Counted from the first letter of the stretch, positions 38,382 through 53,171 are shown. The stretch: DNA of 64,000 nt from Octopus vulgaris (GCA_951406725.2 OX597817.1:132928001-132992000); one strand, 5' to 3'. A program made the numbers and translations. Notes: generated from the letters alone by a model not told the origin.

Positions 38382-38550
38382 GTATGTATGTTATGTATGT
38401 ATGTATGTATGTATGTATGTATGTATGTATGTATGTATGTATGTATGTATGTATAATTGTCCGGCGGAACAGAACATATAGTTCATAACTGAATATTCTG
38501 TAGAATGCATATGCTTTTGTGCATACTGGTTTCTATCTATCCATCCATCC

Positions 38551-38633
<83 letters not shown>

Positions 38634-38667
38634 CTTCTTCATATACACATACACAAACACACACACA

Positions 38668-38738
<71 letters not shown>

Positions 38739-39284
38739 ACGCCTGCTTTTAATAATCGTTTCAATTTCAAAACAAAGCTACATGTTGTTTTAGTTATATT
38801 ATGACATAAGTACAATAGATATTATATACGCCAGAAGCCAGTCGCTAATTATATATACACCACAAATAATTGCAAAAGATGAAACGTTTTTTTTTTTACA
38901 TCTGTCGGTCATCGACCTTCTTTATTTCTATTAAAGGTCAATATACCATTGCTTGAGTTTTACCATATGTTACCTCCACACATACACACACACAAACGCA
39001 TACATATGTTTATATACATTATGTATATATATATATATATATATATATACATACATACACACACACGCACACACACGCACAAACGCACACACATACATAC
39101 GCACACACATGAAGGCTATTGCCAAAGAACTTCAGGTGTCAGAGTAGACAATCGGAATGGCGGTGCCCGAGCACATTGGCTACAAGTCGTATATACTGAG
39201 AAGAAGCCAATTCATGTCTGGAAAGATGCGATAATCGTTTGATTTGTGCCAAGTGGTTACTTAAAACGGTAATATGGGGCACTT

Positions 39285-39600
39285 TGTTTCTTCTCTGTTG
39301 AGAAAACTTCGACTAAGATCAAATGTTTAACGAAGAACATGATAGAAGAGCTGCTCATTCTGATGTCACCAGGGTAATGGACACTAAGTTTCCAGGAACT
39401 GTGATGGTTGCAGGAGTTGTCATGAAGGACGGCCATGCCAAACCACCTCACAGGGTCCTAAATTTAACACTTCTGCTTAAATTGGAGAATTAACAACAGA
39501 TGTTACGCCCTGGATGTTTGAAGTATGCAGTGTTGGTCCATGTGTGTTCCAAGACTCAGCAACTTCTTACAAAGCTGCGTGACTTAAGAATGGATATCGG
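39285..39600 (+). pseudogene. Decayed Tc1/mariner-superfamily (maT/DD37D-like) transposase fragment
   Basis: FFSVEK/NFD*DQ, MDTKFPGTVMVAGVV, PW, PCVFQDSA. Confidence 0.65.
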
Positions 39601-40333
39601 ACAATCTTTATGTTCGAGTAAAGATTGGAGGCTACTAATAGTTTCGTGCTTTAGAGGTACAATAAACTGGCAGATTTAGATAACATGCTATGTATATCCA
39701 AGCAAATTAATGTTTCTTAAAGCATGAAACTATTTATATCTCTTTTGTAATTTGCGTATATTTAAATGTCTCTCACTGGAGAGAATAATTTCTTTGTTTA
39801 TCCTACCTATACGGAACTGCAAACTATATAGGTGCATATGATATTTGTATAATATATGTATATATGTAGACACATACATACATGCGCACACATTGTGAAA
39901 ACATTTTCTTTTCACCAAATTTATAAAAAAATTGAATTACGAATGAAAGAAAAGATAAGAAATAATAAGAACATGATATTGTAAAACTGGTCCCTTTAAA
40001 TGTTTTATATAACAAATATAAAAAGATACAGACATCAAGTATTCTTCTATTTCGTTTCTTAGGAACGCCTGATTCTTTCCATGTTACCATTGCCGTTCGG
40101 TTAAATTTTACGCTTCGTCATAAATTTGAATCGCTTTTGGAAAGTCTTTCTAATAATCGGAATATTTCACTCAGGTGTTTAAAATTGATTCTGGATTCTT
40201 TAAATGATTGATGTGAATCATCACTCACTTTAAATGACTGATGTTTGTCATCACTCACTTTGAATGAAGTTATTTTAAGATAATTCGCCTTGAAAGTGGA
40301 AATGACTGATTCAGAATCGCTTATTGTGCTTGA

Positions 40334-40367
<34 letters not shown>

Positions 40368-41559
40368 TATGTGTGTGCGTATGTGTGTGTGCGTGTGTGT
40401 TTATGAGTGTGTGCGTGTGTGCATGTGCGTGTGCGTGTGTGTGTGTATGTGTGCATGTACGCGTGTGTGTGCGTGTGCGTGTATGTATGTGTATGCATGT
40501 GTGCGTGTGTGTGTACGTGTTTGTGTATGTGTGTGTATGTGTTGTGCGTGAGCGTGTGCGTGTGTATGCATGTGTGTGCGTGTGTGTGCGCCTGCGTGCG
40601 TATGCATACGAGAGAATTCTTTTACAAAGCTGAGAAAAACTGAAGGACCGCTGCAATAAGTGAGTGAATCCAAGAGGAGAATATGTTGAATAAAATCATA
40701 ACTAACTGACCCTCCTATATTTTCTTTTACCCAAAACCAAGAAATTTCCAGCCACCCCACCCCTATATGTACATATACAAACGAGTAGTTTTGAACCATC
40801 ACGAATCGTTCTCAGTATCAGTCTGTTAATCTGTCAGCACATTGGTGTATATGGGTGTACATGTATATTTATATTTTATATATGTGCGAATGTTGATGTA
40901 ATCCATATTATATAAGTAAAAAGTATATGAAACAGCTGTAAACGATTGGAGTAAGCATCTATTCTCTCACCTCACTTCTCTTATCTTTTCTTTCTTTCCC
41001 TCATTCTCTCTCTCTCTCTCTCATACACACTTTCTCTCATGTTTGTGCATGTATACATACATACATACATACATACATGCATACATACATACATACATAC
41101 ATACATACATACATACATACATACATACATAGATATATGTGTGTGTATGTATGTATGTATGTATAGATGTGTGTATATCTATGTAAGTGTGTGTGTGTGT
41201 ATGTGTGTGTGTGCGTTTGTGTGTGTTTGTGTATGAGTGCAGACGAACAGAAGCAGCGGTGAGTCAAGATGACTTGCTACGGTGTTGGCAGTGGTTAGGG
41301 TGGGTGAAAGTGGTGGTTTAGATGTGATGATCTTGTCACCGCAACACATCACTTAGGCGCTTTGCCCGCCACCGCCACCTCTAACACAAACCCTATCATC
41401 TCCTCCACCGATCACCTGTCCTGCTGTGTTTATCATTCTATCCATGTCTCTGCATAGAAGACTTTCGTTACCTCGAATGAAACAGTCTGGGTGAGGAGGT
41501 CATATTGGTTTTAACAACAGGGAGACACATAGGAAGAAATAAAATACATTTAAAATGCA

Positions 41560-42335
41560 TTGGGTCTTCCCATAAATAATGCGTTTTTTTTAAATACTTC
41601 TTTTATTTTTCAAACTTAAGATAAACAAAATTCTTTTCTAATCTAAAAGGTACTGTCGTTCATTTTCTAGAAGGTTCTTCAATCTATCTGGTAGAACTTC
41701 AAGGCCCCTCTTCTAAAATTCACTTGTCCGTGACGAAAAATACTCCTCCAGTACTGTTCTGACCTCGTCCACAGAATTCTGCAGAATAAATGTTAATGTC
41801 TGGCGTATGTGCCGGGTGGAGCATCGTTCCTCATTCAAAATGTTCCAGCCTTTGGAATATTATCCTCGCTGTATGTGGCCGAGTATTATCCTGATGGAAG
41901 AACACCTTTCGTCTTGAAACCAAAGATTGTTATTTTCTGATGGCATACAGGTGTCTATGAATGGTTGAATGACCAAATCCAAGCTTCTCTGAAAGTTCCT
42001 CAACAGTTTCAATGGGATTTTGTTCCACCAGGGTTTGCAGGATGTCCTTGTCAAGCTCTACAGGTCTCCCAGGATGAGACTCATCTTCTAAGCTGAAGTT
42101 CTCAGCTCGGAGTTTCTAGAGCCACCGTTGACAATGGCTTATGCTTATTGTCCGATCCCCGTATACTGCTTTAATATTTCTCGCACTATCCGTTGCGTTG
42201 TTGCCTTTATTGAACTCATAAAGAAAAATATGCTGAATATGCTTCTTGGTCATTTCCGTTATAGCTTTGAAAATATAACTATCGAACTGCACACTTCAAA
42301 ATTTGCACTAAGAATAAGTACAAAGTAAAATTGCT
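41560..42335 (-). mobile_element. Decayed, internally deleted mariner
   Basis: TIR-like TTGGGTCTTCCCATAAATAATGCG; minus-strand remnants resembling FHQDN, MLHPA and SVDEVRTVLEEYFSS. Confidence 0.6.
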
Positions 42336-42444
42336 ACCTGTTTTTATAGCAAGTTGATGCAGGTAATTTATTCCGATCCCCTCCGACTTTTAGTTCGTGC
42401 AAGTGATAAAAAAAAAAACACATTATATATGGTATGATATGGAC

Positions 42445-42495
<51 letters not shown>

Positions 42496-42584
42496 TATAT
42501 ATATATGTATGTGTGTGTGTGTGTCTGTTAGTATCTTCATGCATATGTATATGTATATATATAGGAATATATATATATAAGCGC

Positions 42585-42631
<47 letters not shown>

Positions 42632-42701
42632 CGTATATATATATAGCGTATATATATGTGTGTGTATATATATATATATAAGCGTATATATATATATGTA
42701 T

Positions 42702-42748
<47 letters not shown>

Positions 42749-42933
42749 ACCCCAGAAATAAACTGTTTTTACTTGAAATATTAATAAATTTTCACTGATA
42801 GGTAATGAAATTCATCATCAAAACAGTAATATTTTCTTTATATAATTTTTAAAACCATTCTTATTAAATTCTTGCTTAAATTGAAATGTCTTAGATATAT
42901 TTCGGTGCTTTTTCCACCTTCGTCTTCTATATA

Positions 42934-42981
<48 letters not shown>

Positions 42982-43261
42982 TGTGTGTGTCTGTGTGTGT
43001 GTGTGTGTGCGCGCGCGCGCGCTCGTGCTCGTGTGTGTATGGAGAGTGTAGACTTATAAATTATTATATGTATTCATGTTCATATACACAGGAAAATATA
43101 CACATTCACAGAGAGATGCATCTCAAAAGTAAATAGACTCCACGAAACCATTCATTATATATGTACGTATAGGTGTGTGTATGTATATATACATCCATTC
43201 AAACATACATACATACATACATACACACACACATATATATATGTATATGTACACATGTATG

Positions 43262-43320
<59 letters not shown>

Positions 43321-43526
43321 ATATATATATATATATACATGTGTCTGTGTGTATGTATTATATTATATATGTAATGTATATTTTTAATCCTGCATATTTA
43401 TGTGTATATATATACACACATATATACATATAAATATATATGTATACATATATAAATAAATAAATATATATATATATATGTGTGTATGTGTGTATATATA
43501 TATACATATATATATATATATGTATG

Positions 43527-43603
<77 letters not shown>

Positions 43604-43607
43604 ATAC

Positions 43608-43670
<63 letters not shown>

Positions 43671-43723
43671 AGCACATTAGATATATATGCATACCTATAC
43701 ACATATTTAAAAATGCATACGTA

Positions 43724-43778
<55 letters not shown>

Positions 43779-44249
43779 GCTTGTGTGTCTGTGTTTATAT
43801 GTATGTGTATGTTATAAATACATATATACATATGTGTATATATACATGTATCATATACTATATAAAACTTGCATCTGCACACACGCATGCATAGAGCTTC
43901 CGTATAACTTTAAAATGAATGAACGCAACACCGAATTAAAGTAAAGCTGTTAAACCGCCAGAAATACCTGAGAAAACGCAGCAAAACTCACGGAAACTGA
44001 CATAATTACACGACAAGCAAACAAGGGCAAGTTAAATAAAGGCCTTAAGTTTTGTGGTGTAAGATGACAGTAAGGGTGGGAGGTGTTAGATTTAAAAGGA
44101 GGCGGAGAGATTGTTAGACGCACCTCTTGGTTGGAAGATCTAAAAGAATGGCGGCAATTAGAGTGAAACAAACAGTTGTAGGTGTTTAGCGAAAGGCTAA
44201 GGTGGTGAGTGAGTGGCAGGAGGAATGGGCGGAGTTGTTTGTATGGAGT

Positions 44250-44638
44250 GGAATGACAGCGGCGGTGGTGGTGGTGGTGGGGGTTGTATGGTTACGGTGG
44301 TATGTGTATGTGGTAGCGTTAACGCAGTGGGTGTACTGCGATTCTGTGGTACTGGTGGTGGTGGTGAGGTGGTGGTGGTGGTGGTGGTGGTGATGGTGGT
44401 GGCGGTGGTGATAACGGTGGTGGTGGTATTGGTGGTGGTGATGTTGATGATGGTTATGGTGGCGATGGTAATGGTGGTGGTGGTGGTGTGGTTGCGTGTT
44501 CGTGGTGGCTATGGTAATGGTGGTGGTGGTGGTGGTGGTGTGGTCGCATGTTCGTGGTGGCGATGGTAATGGTGGTGGTGGTAGTGGTGGTGGTGGCGAT
44601 GGTAATGGTGGGTGCAATGGCCGATGTGATGGCACGAT

Positions 44639-44689
<51 letters not shown>

Positions 44690-45190
44690 CAGTGGTGGTC
44701 ACAATGTTGTGGTCATGGTTACAGTATCAACAGTCTATCCACCATAGAAAAACAAACAAGACATAAAGTAGTTGCGGTGTGAGTAGGAATTCGCTCTTGT
44801 TGTTGTTTAGCCCGAGGGCGATCCTCACTGAGCAACACTATGATCAAGAAGCTTCCAGCGGTGACCATCCCTGCCTTCAGTTCGTCCGTTGTTCAATGTG
44901 TCCTTCCGCTTGTTTTGTTTCTTTCTCTTTTTAACACTGCACCGTGTGATTTGGCGGAGTTTTGACTGCTATTGCTAGCGAGACAAACGACCACCCAGAT
45001 GGTCTCTTATTGGCTGATGTTATTTGTTGATGTTGTTGTTGATATTAGTAGTGGTGGTGGCGAGGCGAGGCGAGGCGAGGGCGGCGGCGGCGGCGGCGGT
45101 GGTGGTGGTGGCGGCGTTGGTGGCGATGGTGGTGGTGGTGGTGGTGGTGGTGGTGGTGGTGGTGGTGGCGGCGGCGGTGGTGGTGGCGAT
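44250..45190. repeat. (GGT)n/(TAG)n/(GGC)n triplet low-complexity region with a degenerate unit of about 45-50 bp
   Basis: GGTGGCGATGGTAATGGTGG...GTGTGGT(T/C)GC(G/A)TGTTCGT repeated; (TAG)n at about 44639-44689. Confidence 0.85.
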
Positions 45191-45612
45191 GGCAGTGCTA
45201 GTAACATTTGGAAGAAACAATAATTTAGCAATAAAATGGAAATATAAACAAACGGCAGGCGGAAGAGAGGGAGGAGTAAAAAGCGTGAGAGAGGGAGGGA
45301 GGAGTAAAGGGGGAAAGGGTGAAAGAATGAAAGAGGGCGAGGGAGGGAAAGAAAAAGCGAAAGAAAGAGAGAATGAGAGGAAGAGGGCTGCAATGGTAAT
45401 AGTGATGATGGTGGCGGTGAAGGTCGTCGTCGTCGTTGTCACCGTAGGTGTCGTGGTGGTGGAGGGAAGGTAAGACCTCTCTTCTTTCTCCTCCGCCTTT
45501 TACTGCTGGTTTGCTGCTGCTGATGCTGATGCTGTTGATGCTGCTGCTGCTGCTGCTGGTCGTCTGCTTGTGACACTTAAGATTTGTCTATAATTCTCTT
45601 ACACTTTCACCA

Positions 45613-45652
<40 letters not shown>

Positions 45653-45699
45653 GCACATATACAGATAGTAACACACATAGACATCCAACACCCCTACAG

Positions 45700-45730
<31 letters not shown>

Positions 45731-47529
45731 CACTCTTATTCCCTCTTTACATTCTCTCCCTCTCTCTCTTGATATCTTTTTGCATCTCTTTTTAACTTCG
45801 ATTCCTTCCCTTCCTCTCTCTATTTTTCTTTGAGTCTTTTTCTTCTCCCCCCACCACATCCGCGATATCTTTTCTAATTTCTCTTCATCTCTCTCTTTTT
45901 CTCTCTCTCTCTTTCTTTCTTTCTCCAACTCTTCTCCCTTCCTCTCTCTTTTCCCACTTCAGTCTGATTTTCAATCCCATTCTCACTCTTCTCCTACTCA
46001 ACTTTCTCCTTCCACTTCTCTTTTACTTTCTTTCTCTTTCTCTCTCTCCTTCTCACTCTCTCTCTAGCCTTCTCCTTCTTCTACTCTACCGCCTCCTACT
46101 TCGATAGACTACCATACACAACATAACACATACACACACACACACATTTGCAGACACTCACACACAAACACAGCACACACATACACACGCACGTACGTAC
46201 ACACAGGCATTAAACACTATCGTCGATACACAAACAAATGCGGCGAAACACATACATACACATGCATACATATAAATACAGACACATATACACACACATG
46301 TACGCATGCACAGTCACACACATAGAGAACCAGATTGAAACCACGCAAAAACTGACGTACACACACGCATGAGCACACACACACACACACACACTGAACC
46401 ACATACAGGCATACACACAAGACAAATACATACACATAGATACATATAAAGAGTAACAGACATATTTACAGTTACACACACATACACGCATACACGCATA
46501 CACTACACGTGTATTTACATATACACACATCTCCCTCCCTCCCTGCGGTGGTCAATCAACCAGCCAGCCAGCCAGCCAGTCAGCTACTGAACCAACCGAC
46601 TAGCCAACCAACCAGCAGAGCCACCCACCAGCCAGCTAGCCGGCCAGCCAGCCAGCCAGCCAACCATGCAGGCAATCAGGCAGTCAGTTGACGTATTTTC
46701 ACTTTCTTCGCTATCTTCAACCGGTGCACAGTTACAGAGGGCCCCGGATCATACAAATGCTGTTTCCTTCCTCCCTTCCACTCAATATTGAATGATAATA
46801 ATTATTATAAGACCTGACAACTGTCCCAAACCTCCAACACGCCAAATCACAACATATTCTTCATTCTCTTTCTTCGTTTTTTATACCATTTTTCTTCTTT
46901 TTTTTATTTTAACGTATTTCCACTCTACTTCATAAGCCAAGACCAACACACGGGCAAAACTTAATATATATACATCTCTATACCTATATAACTATATAAG
47001 TAAATATATATATGTATATTTATGTATATATATACTTGTTGTGTGCTTCGAGGAAGGAATAATTTTCTGTTTTAAACTGAAAAATTTGAAAACCGGCATG
47101 TATATTACTATGAATGTATGTATATATATTTGACATCAGATACAATGTGGATATATAAAAGAAGATAAACTTATATATACACCCAAGAAAATCGCTGGAC
47201 AATTTCATTCAACAAAAAAAAAGATTACTTTAACACAAACAAGACAGTTAAAAAGAGGTATGTATATATAAATGTATATAAATGTATATAAATGTGAGTG
47301 TATATATGTGTGTATATATATATTATTTATGTTATATAATTTTATATGTCATATTTATGTACATATTTGTATATATTTGTGGAATGCAGGCAGGTATCGT
47401 ACTACAAAAACACTAGCACAAATGTCTGTAAAAAACAAGCAACGATGATGGAATGGAGACCTTAAAAAGTTATACATTACATGAACACACACTTACGTAT
47501 ATGCATATATGCTGCATGTATGTATGAGT

Positions 47530-47860
47530 GAAGACGCGTGGCTCAATGGTTAGAGTAATGGGCTCCCGATCGTAAGATTTTGAGTTCGATTCTCGGTGGC
47601 TCGTTATCTCCTTGTGTAAAACACTTTAATTTCACGTTGCTCCAGTGCACTCAGCTGGCAAAGAAAAGAAGAAAAAAAATGTGTTGTACCTGTAATTCGA
47701 ACAGACCAACCTTGTCACATTATATGACACGCTGAATCTCCCTGAGACCTACATTACGGGTACGTGCGTCTGTGGAGTGCTCAGCCACTTGCTCGTTAAT
47801 TTCACGAGCAGGTGTTGATCGGATTAACTGGAACCCTCGTCGTCGTAACCGACGGAGAGC
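47530..47860 (+). mobile_element. Chimeric SINE (family D head/core + family C tail)
   Basis: AACACTTTAATTTCACGTTGCTCCAG core followed by GTCTGTGGAGTGCTCAGCCACTTG...CGTCGTAACCGACGGAG. Confidence 0.78.
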
Positions 47861-48113
47861 CAGTTTTCATATGTATTTATGTATGTATGTATGTCTTTTT
47901 TTCTCTCTCTCTCTGTATGTATGTATGTATATATGTATGTATGTATGTATGAATGTATGTATGTATGTATGTATGTATGTATGTATGTATGTATGTATGT
48001 ATCTATCTATCTATCTATCTTTCAATTATATATATATATACATACATACATACATACATACATACATACATGCATGCATACATACATACATACATACATA
48101 CATACATACATAC

Positions 48114-48178
<65 letters not shown>

Positions 48179-48280
48179 TATAGCTATCTGTCTCTCCGTG
48201 GGTGTGTGCTCGCGGATGTTTGGATATGTGTGACTATAATTCATATGTATACAAATTACACACAATGATATGTATATATG

Positions 48281-48314
<34 letters not shown>

Positions 48315-48455
48315 CAATTAAGTCTACTATTAATATATACACACCTATACTCACATATACGTCTATAGGCATGTAGCTAGATAACTGAAGATTTCGTAGA
48401 AAGAGACCACACGCTGTGGTTATGAATATATATGTGTGTATATATGTGTGTGTGT

Positions 48456-48506
<51 letters not shown>

Positions 48507-48581
48507 CATACATGTATATCTGTGTATTTGTATGTGTCTGTGTGTCTGTTTGTATTTATGAATGTATAGATGTGTCTCTTT

Positions 48582-48895
48582 TTCTTTTACTTGTTTCAGT
48601 AATTCGACTGCGGTCATGCTGGGGCATCACCTTGGAAGGTTTTTACTCTGAATACTTGATCCCAGTACTTTCTTTTCATTTTAAAAGCCTGGTACTTGTT
48701 CTATCGGTTCATTGTGACGAACGTCTCAGTTACAGGGACATAAACAAACCAGTCCCGATTGTCATGCAGTGGTGGTGTACAAGCATAGACAAAAACACAC
48801 ACAAACACATACATGCACACACACATGCACACACACACACACATACACACACACACATATAAATATGTACACATCGGGCTTCCTCACAGTTTCCA
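48582..48895 (-). mobile_element. Decayed SINE family A
   Basis: TTTTACTTGTTTCAGT..GACTGCGGTCATGCTGG tail. Confidence 0.65.
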
Positions 48896-49099
48896 TATAT
48901 ATTTACCGTATGTTTTAACACGAAGCGAAAATTGGGAGAATACGTAAGTACTCGATATGAAACATTAAGTATCTTGGCTGCTGTCTTTTATCAATTCTCG
49001 AAGTTTCTGGTTTCTTATGGCCGGACGATCGTATCTTAGCCTGAAGATCGGACACATGAAACCCAGAGTAAAGTTCAGTGACAATTTCAACTTTATAAT

Positions 49100-49500
49100 T
49101 GCGAACCTCATGGCGCCAGGTTCAATTACACTGCGTGTCACTTTGGGCGAGTGTCTTCCACTATAACCCCGGGCCAGCCATGCTTTCTAACCGGATTTGG
49201 TATTCGGAAACCGAAGGAAGCCCGTCGTGTATATGTGTATGTGTGTATGCATGTCTACATGAGTGTGTGTGTGTATGTGTGTGGGGGGTGGGGTGTGCGT
49301 GTGTGTGTGTTGGTGTTTGTCTCTCACCACCGCCTGGAAACCGGTGCTTGTTTCTAAATGCTACGTAGCGGTTCTGCAAAAAGAAACTGATAGAATAAAC
49401 TTTGAAAACAAAAATGGACAGAACTCGATTTGTTTCACTAAACACTTCAAGGCGGTGCCACAGCATGGGCGCTGTCTAATGAGTGGAACAAGTAAAAGAT
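49100..49500 (+). mobile_element. Decayed SINE family A
   Basis: GAAGCCCGTCG..AAGGCGGTGCCACAGCATGG..ACAAGTAAAAGA. Confidence 0.72.
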
Positions 49501-49527
49501 TGATAGATAGATATAAAAGATATGTTG

Positions 49528-49606
<79 letters not shown>

Positions 49607-49650
49607 CTTTATCTTTATATATATATGTATGTATGTATGTATATATATAC

Positions 49651-49690
<40 letters not shown>

Positions 49691-49852
49691 ACACAAATGA
49701 GGTATATGTATATAAACATATACACGCATACATGTATATGTATATAAATATATAAGTATACACAATAACACTTATGGTTGTGTGTGTGTGTGTAAAGATA
49801 GACTTATTAATACAAAGATAGAGACAGACTGATAGACAGACTCAGACAGTAA

Positions 49853-49940
<88 letters not shown>

Positions 49941-50261
49941 AAAAACAAAACAGCAATGGTAAATACATGATGTCTGTATAAATGTAAACAGACAGAGGAT
50001 GTGAGATAATTGTTTAAAGAACAAGGTGAATCGGCAGACGTCTGTGTTGACAAATGCTGAATGTGCCGAGTCGACGCCAAACGCTGTTTCAGCAATCAAT
50101 TTGCTAAGCTGATTAAATAGAGCAGCTAACGGGGGTGACTCGGTCTGATGGCATGCCTTCAATTATTATAAACATCCACACATGCACACACCCCTATCTA
50201 CGTACGTACTTACGTATGTATGTATGTATGTATGTATGTATGTATGTATGTATGTATGTAT

Positions 50262-50660
50262 ACTCTTTTACTCTTTTACTGGTTTCAGTCATTTGACTGT
50301 GGCCATGCTGGAGCACCACCTTTAGTCGAGCAAATCGACCCCGGGACTTATTCTTTGTAAGCCCAGTACTTATTCTATCGGTCTCTTTTGCCGAACCGCT
50401 AAGTGACGGGGACGTAAACACAGCAGCATCGGTTGTCAAGCAATGCTAGGGGGACAAACACAGACACACAAACACACACATACATATATATATATACGGC
50501 AGGCTTCTTTCAGTTTCCGTCTACCAAATCCACTCACAAGGCATTGGTCGGCCCGGGGCTATAGTAGAAGACACTTGCCCAAGATGCCACGCAGTGGGAC
50601 TGAACCCGGAACCATGTGGTTGGTTAGCAAGCTACTTACCACACAGCCACTCCTGCGCCT
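50262..50660 (-). mobile_element. Full-length, near-consensus SINE family A
   Basis: Colinear with 8742-9149; head at 50659. Confidence 0.92.
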
Positions 50661-50744
50661 ATGTAGGGTTCTCTTTTGTTTTTGATTATTTAAATTCCTC
50701 CACTAAGGAAGGAATTGGATTCTAACAAAGATAAAAAAAAAAAA

Positions 50745-51066
50745 AAAACCTCCCTCGATGCAATGTGGATAACGAAAACGACGACATATTTTTACACTTC
50801 AGAAAACTTTTTGCGTAATTCTACCGTTCCGCTTACAGACGGTATTTGTAATGGTGCGAGTTTGTTTGGTTGGTTTCTTTTTTCTTATCCAGATCGTCGT
50901 TTGGATATTCACTGAGAAAAGCAAGAGCACCAACTGTTAGCGGTACAAAATGTGAATTTAAAATCTGAATATAGAAACTGGAAGCTTCGAAGCAGTTCAC
51001 CATTGTTTACTTCTTTCTCTTTGATTGTCAATGACATATAGACATCAACGGGACAGCTGACCTCTG
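50745..51066 (-). pseudogene. R4/Dong-like REL 3' fragment
   Basis: EVSCPVDVYMSLTIKEKEVNNGELLRSFQFLYSDFKFTF/VPLTVGAL; homologous to 37984-38381. Confidence 0.68.
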
Positions 51067-51164
51067 TGTCTTTTATTTACATACATTTTATAGTCTGTCT
51101 GTCCTCAGTGTCAGCTATTTCTCTATCTGTTTGTCTGTCTGTCCGTATGTCCTTCTCTTTCTCA

Positions 51165-51486
51165 TTTTAATTTAGAATAAACCTTGTCCGGTCACCTCGT
51201 TGGTAGTAAGGTTATGAAGGAAAGTATATTGTATTAACCATCATCCTTTAAATCCTAAGATGTTCTCGCAGATTTTTATAATCTCAGATATCCTGATCAT
51301 TTGTAGCGCATCGATTAAGGATTTGCGTTTCCTCCCCAATATCCCAAAATCCCAGGGCCCCAAGTTCAGCCATATTTTGCTCCGGATGGGTTGGTATGTA
51401 TCCTGTTACATCAATAATAATAGGTATGAAGCTGAACGTGTATTTAGGGGACTGGATTTGCAAACTCCTTATTAAGGGCCCATATC
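51165..51486 (-). pseudogene. R4/Dong-like REL 3' fragment (second subfamily)
   Basis: YGPLIRSLQIQSPKYTFSFIPIII..TGY; nucleotide-colinear with 61385-61700. Confidence 0.68.
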
Positions 51487-51519
51487 GATGTATGATTGAA
51501 TGCATGTATGAGTGAATGT

Positions 51520-51575
<56 letters not shown>

Positions 51576-51698
51576 ATGTATATATAATATATAGATAAAT
51601 AAGTAGATAGGTAAATTTGTGTATATCTTTGCAGGGTTTATGCGTTATGTGTGTACATGCAAGTACATACATATGTCTATATGTACATGTACACACAT

Positions 51699-51785
<87 letters not shown>

Positions 51786-52370
51786 AGTTATAGTAAAAGC
51801 AATTTTACATCTGAAAGATTACAATGTACATATGTACACACACGCATACATAACATATGTGTATATATGTATATATATATATAATATATATAAACAATAT
51901 ATTATATATATATAATATATATAATACATATATATATATATGAGTATATATATATATATATATATATCAATCTATTTGTATGTGTGTGTGTGTGCGAGGT
52001 GTGTATGTAATATATATATATATATACACACATATATATAGATATATGTACACACTGACACACACACACAAACTGACAGAAAGGTACACACACATGCAAG
52101 CACACACACATACACACACACACACACTCATATATACAAATGATTGTAGATGTACGGATGTGTACATACAAACATAGAGAGTTAGAAAGGCCAAGAAACA
52201 ATTCCAGAGATAAACAAACAAACAAACATCCGACATTTCTTAATAAAGTGTTTCATTCATTGACATCTTAATCCGTGTAACAAGTACTAATAACAATTCT
52301 ATTGCAGGTAATAACCAGACAATGTGTGTGTGTGTGTCTGTATGTCTGTATGTGCGCGTGTGTGTTTAAA

Positions 52371-52408
<38 letters not shown>

Positions 52409-53003
52409 AAATACAGATGTACATATGTGTACGAACGTATTTGGAGTTTTGTCTTCTCTATGTGTATGTGTCTATGTGTACACGTATGTTCGTATATATG
52501 AATTTGTGTGTGCTAGTTATGTCAATATAATCGTTTGTGTAATGGGCAATTGCAGCATTTTCCAGTTTTTACGGTGAAGGTATTAATTCTTTGTCCGTTA
52601 CTTCATTAATATTTCAATTAAGCATGAAAGTCCGGTTTACAATGTATAGTCTATATCAGATTATATCATTTGATGCATGCATATGGACACATGAATACAT
52701 ACAGACATATATGTATATATTGATACTTTCATACACATGTATGTATGTATGTATGTATGTATGTATGTATGTATGTATGTATGTATGTATGTATGCATGT
52801 ATGTATGTATGTTAATATGTATACAAGGAAAGAGAAAAACTGAAAAAACAGAAAAAAAACACGCAAGATTTGTTTTGCACAACTAAAGAATTAAAATCAC
52901 CACAGCAAAAGTGTTGTACTATATTATACAAAATAAGACTTTTTCTTTCAACATAATATCATATACATACATACATATATACATACATATATATTAAATA
53001 TAT

Positions 53004-53059
<56 letters not shown>

Positions 53060-53171
53060 CGTACATATATATATATGTATGTATGTATGTCTATATATAT
53101 ATATATAAATATGTAGTATATATTTAATATATATGGGATGTCGTGTATGTATATATATATACATATCTATA

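Noticed and set aside
44186-45473. Poly-His/Pro/Gly/Thr ORFs resembling transcription-factor tails
   Set aside because: Triplet repeats open in several frames on both strands, with no complex coding segment or splice support
49036-49075. CTGAAGA...GAAACCCAGAGTA hammerhead-like string
   Set aside because: Neither stem I nor stem II pairs in this copy; at best a decayed relic
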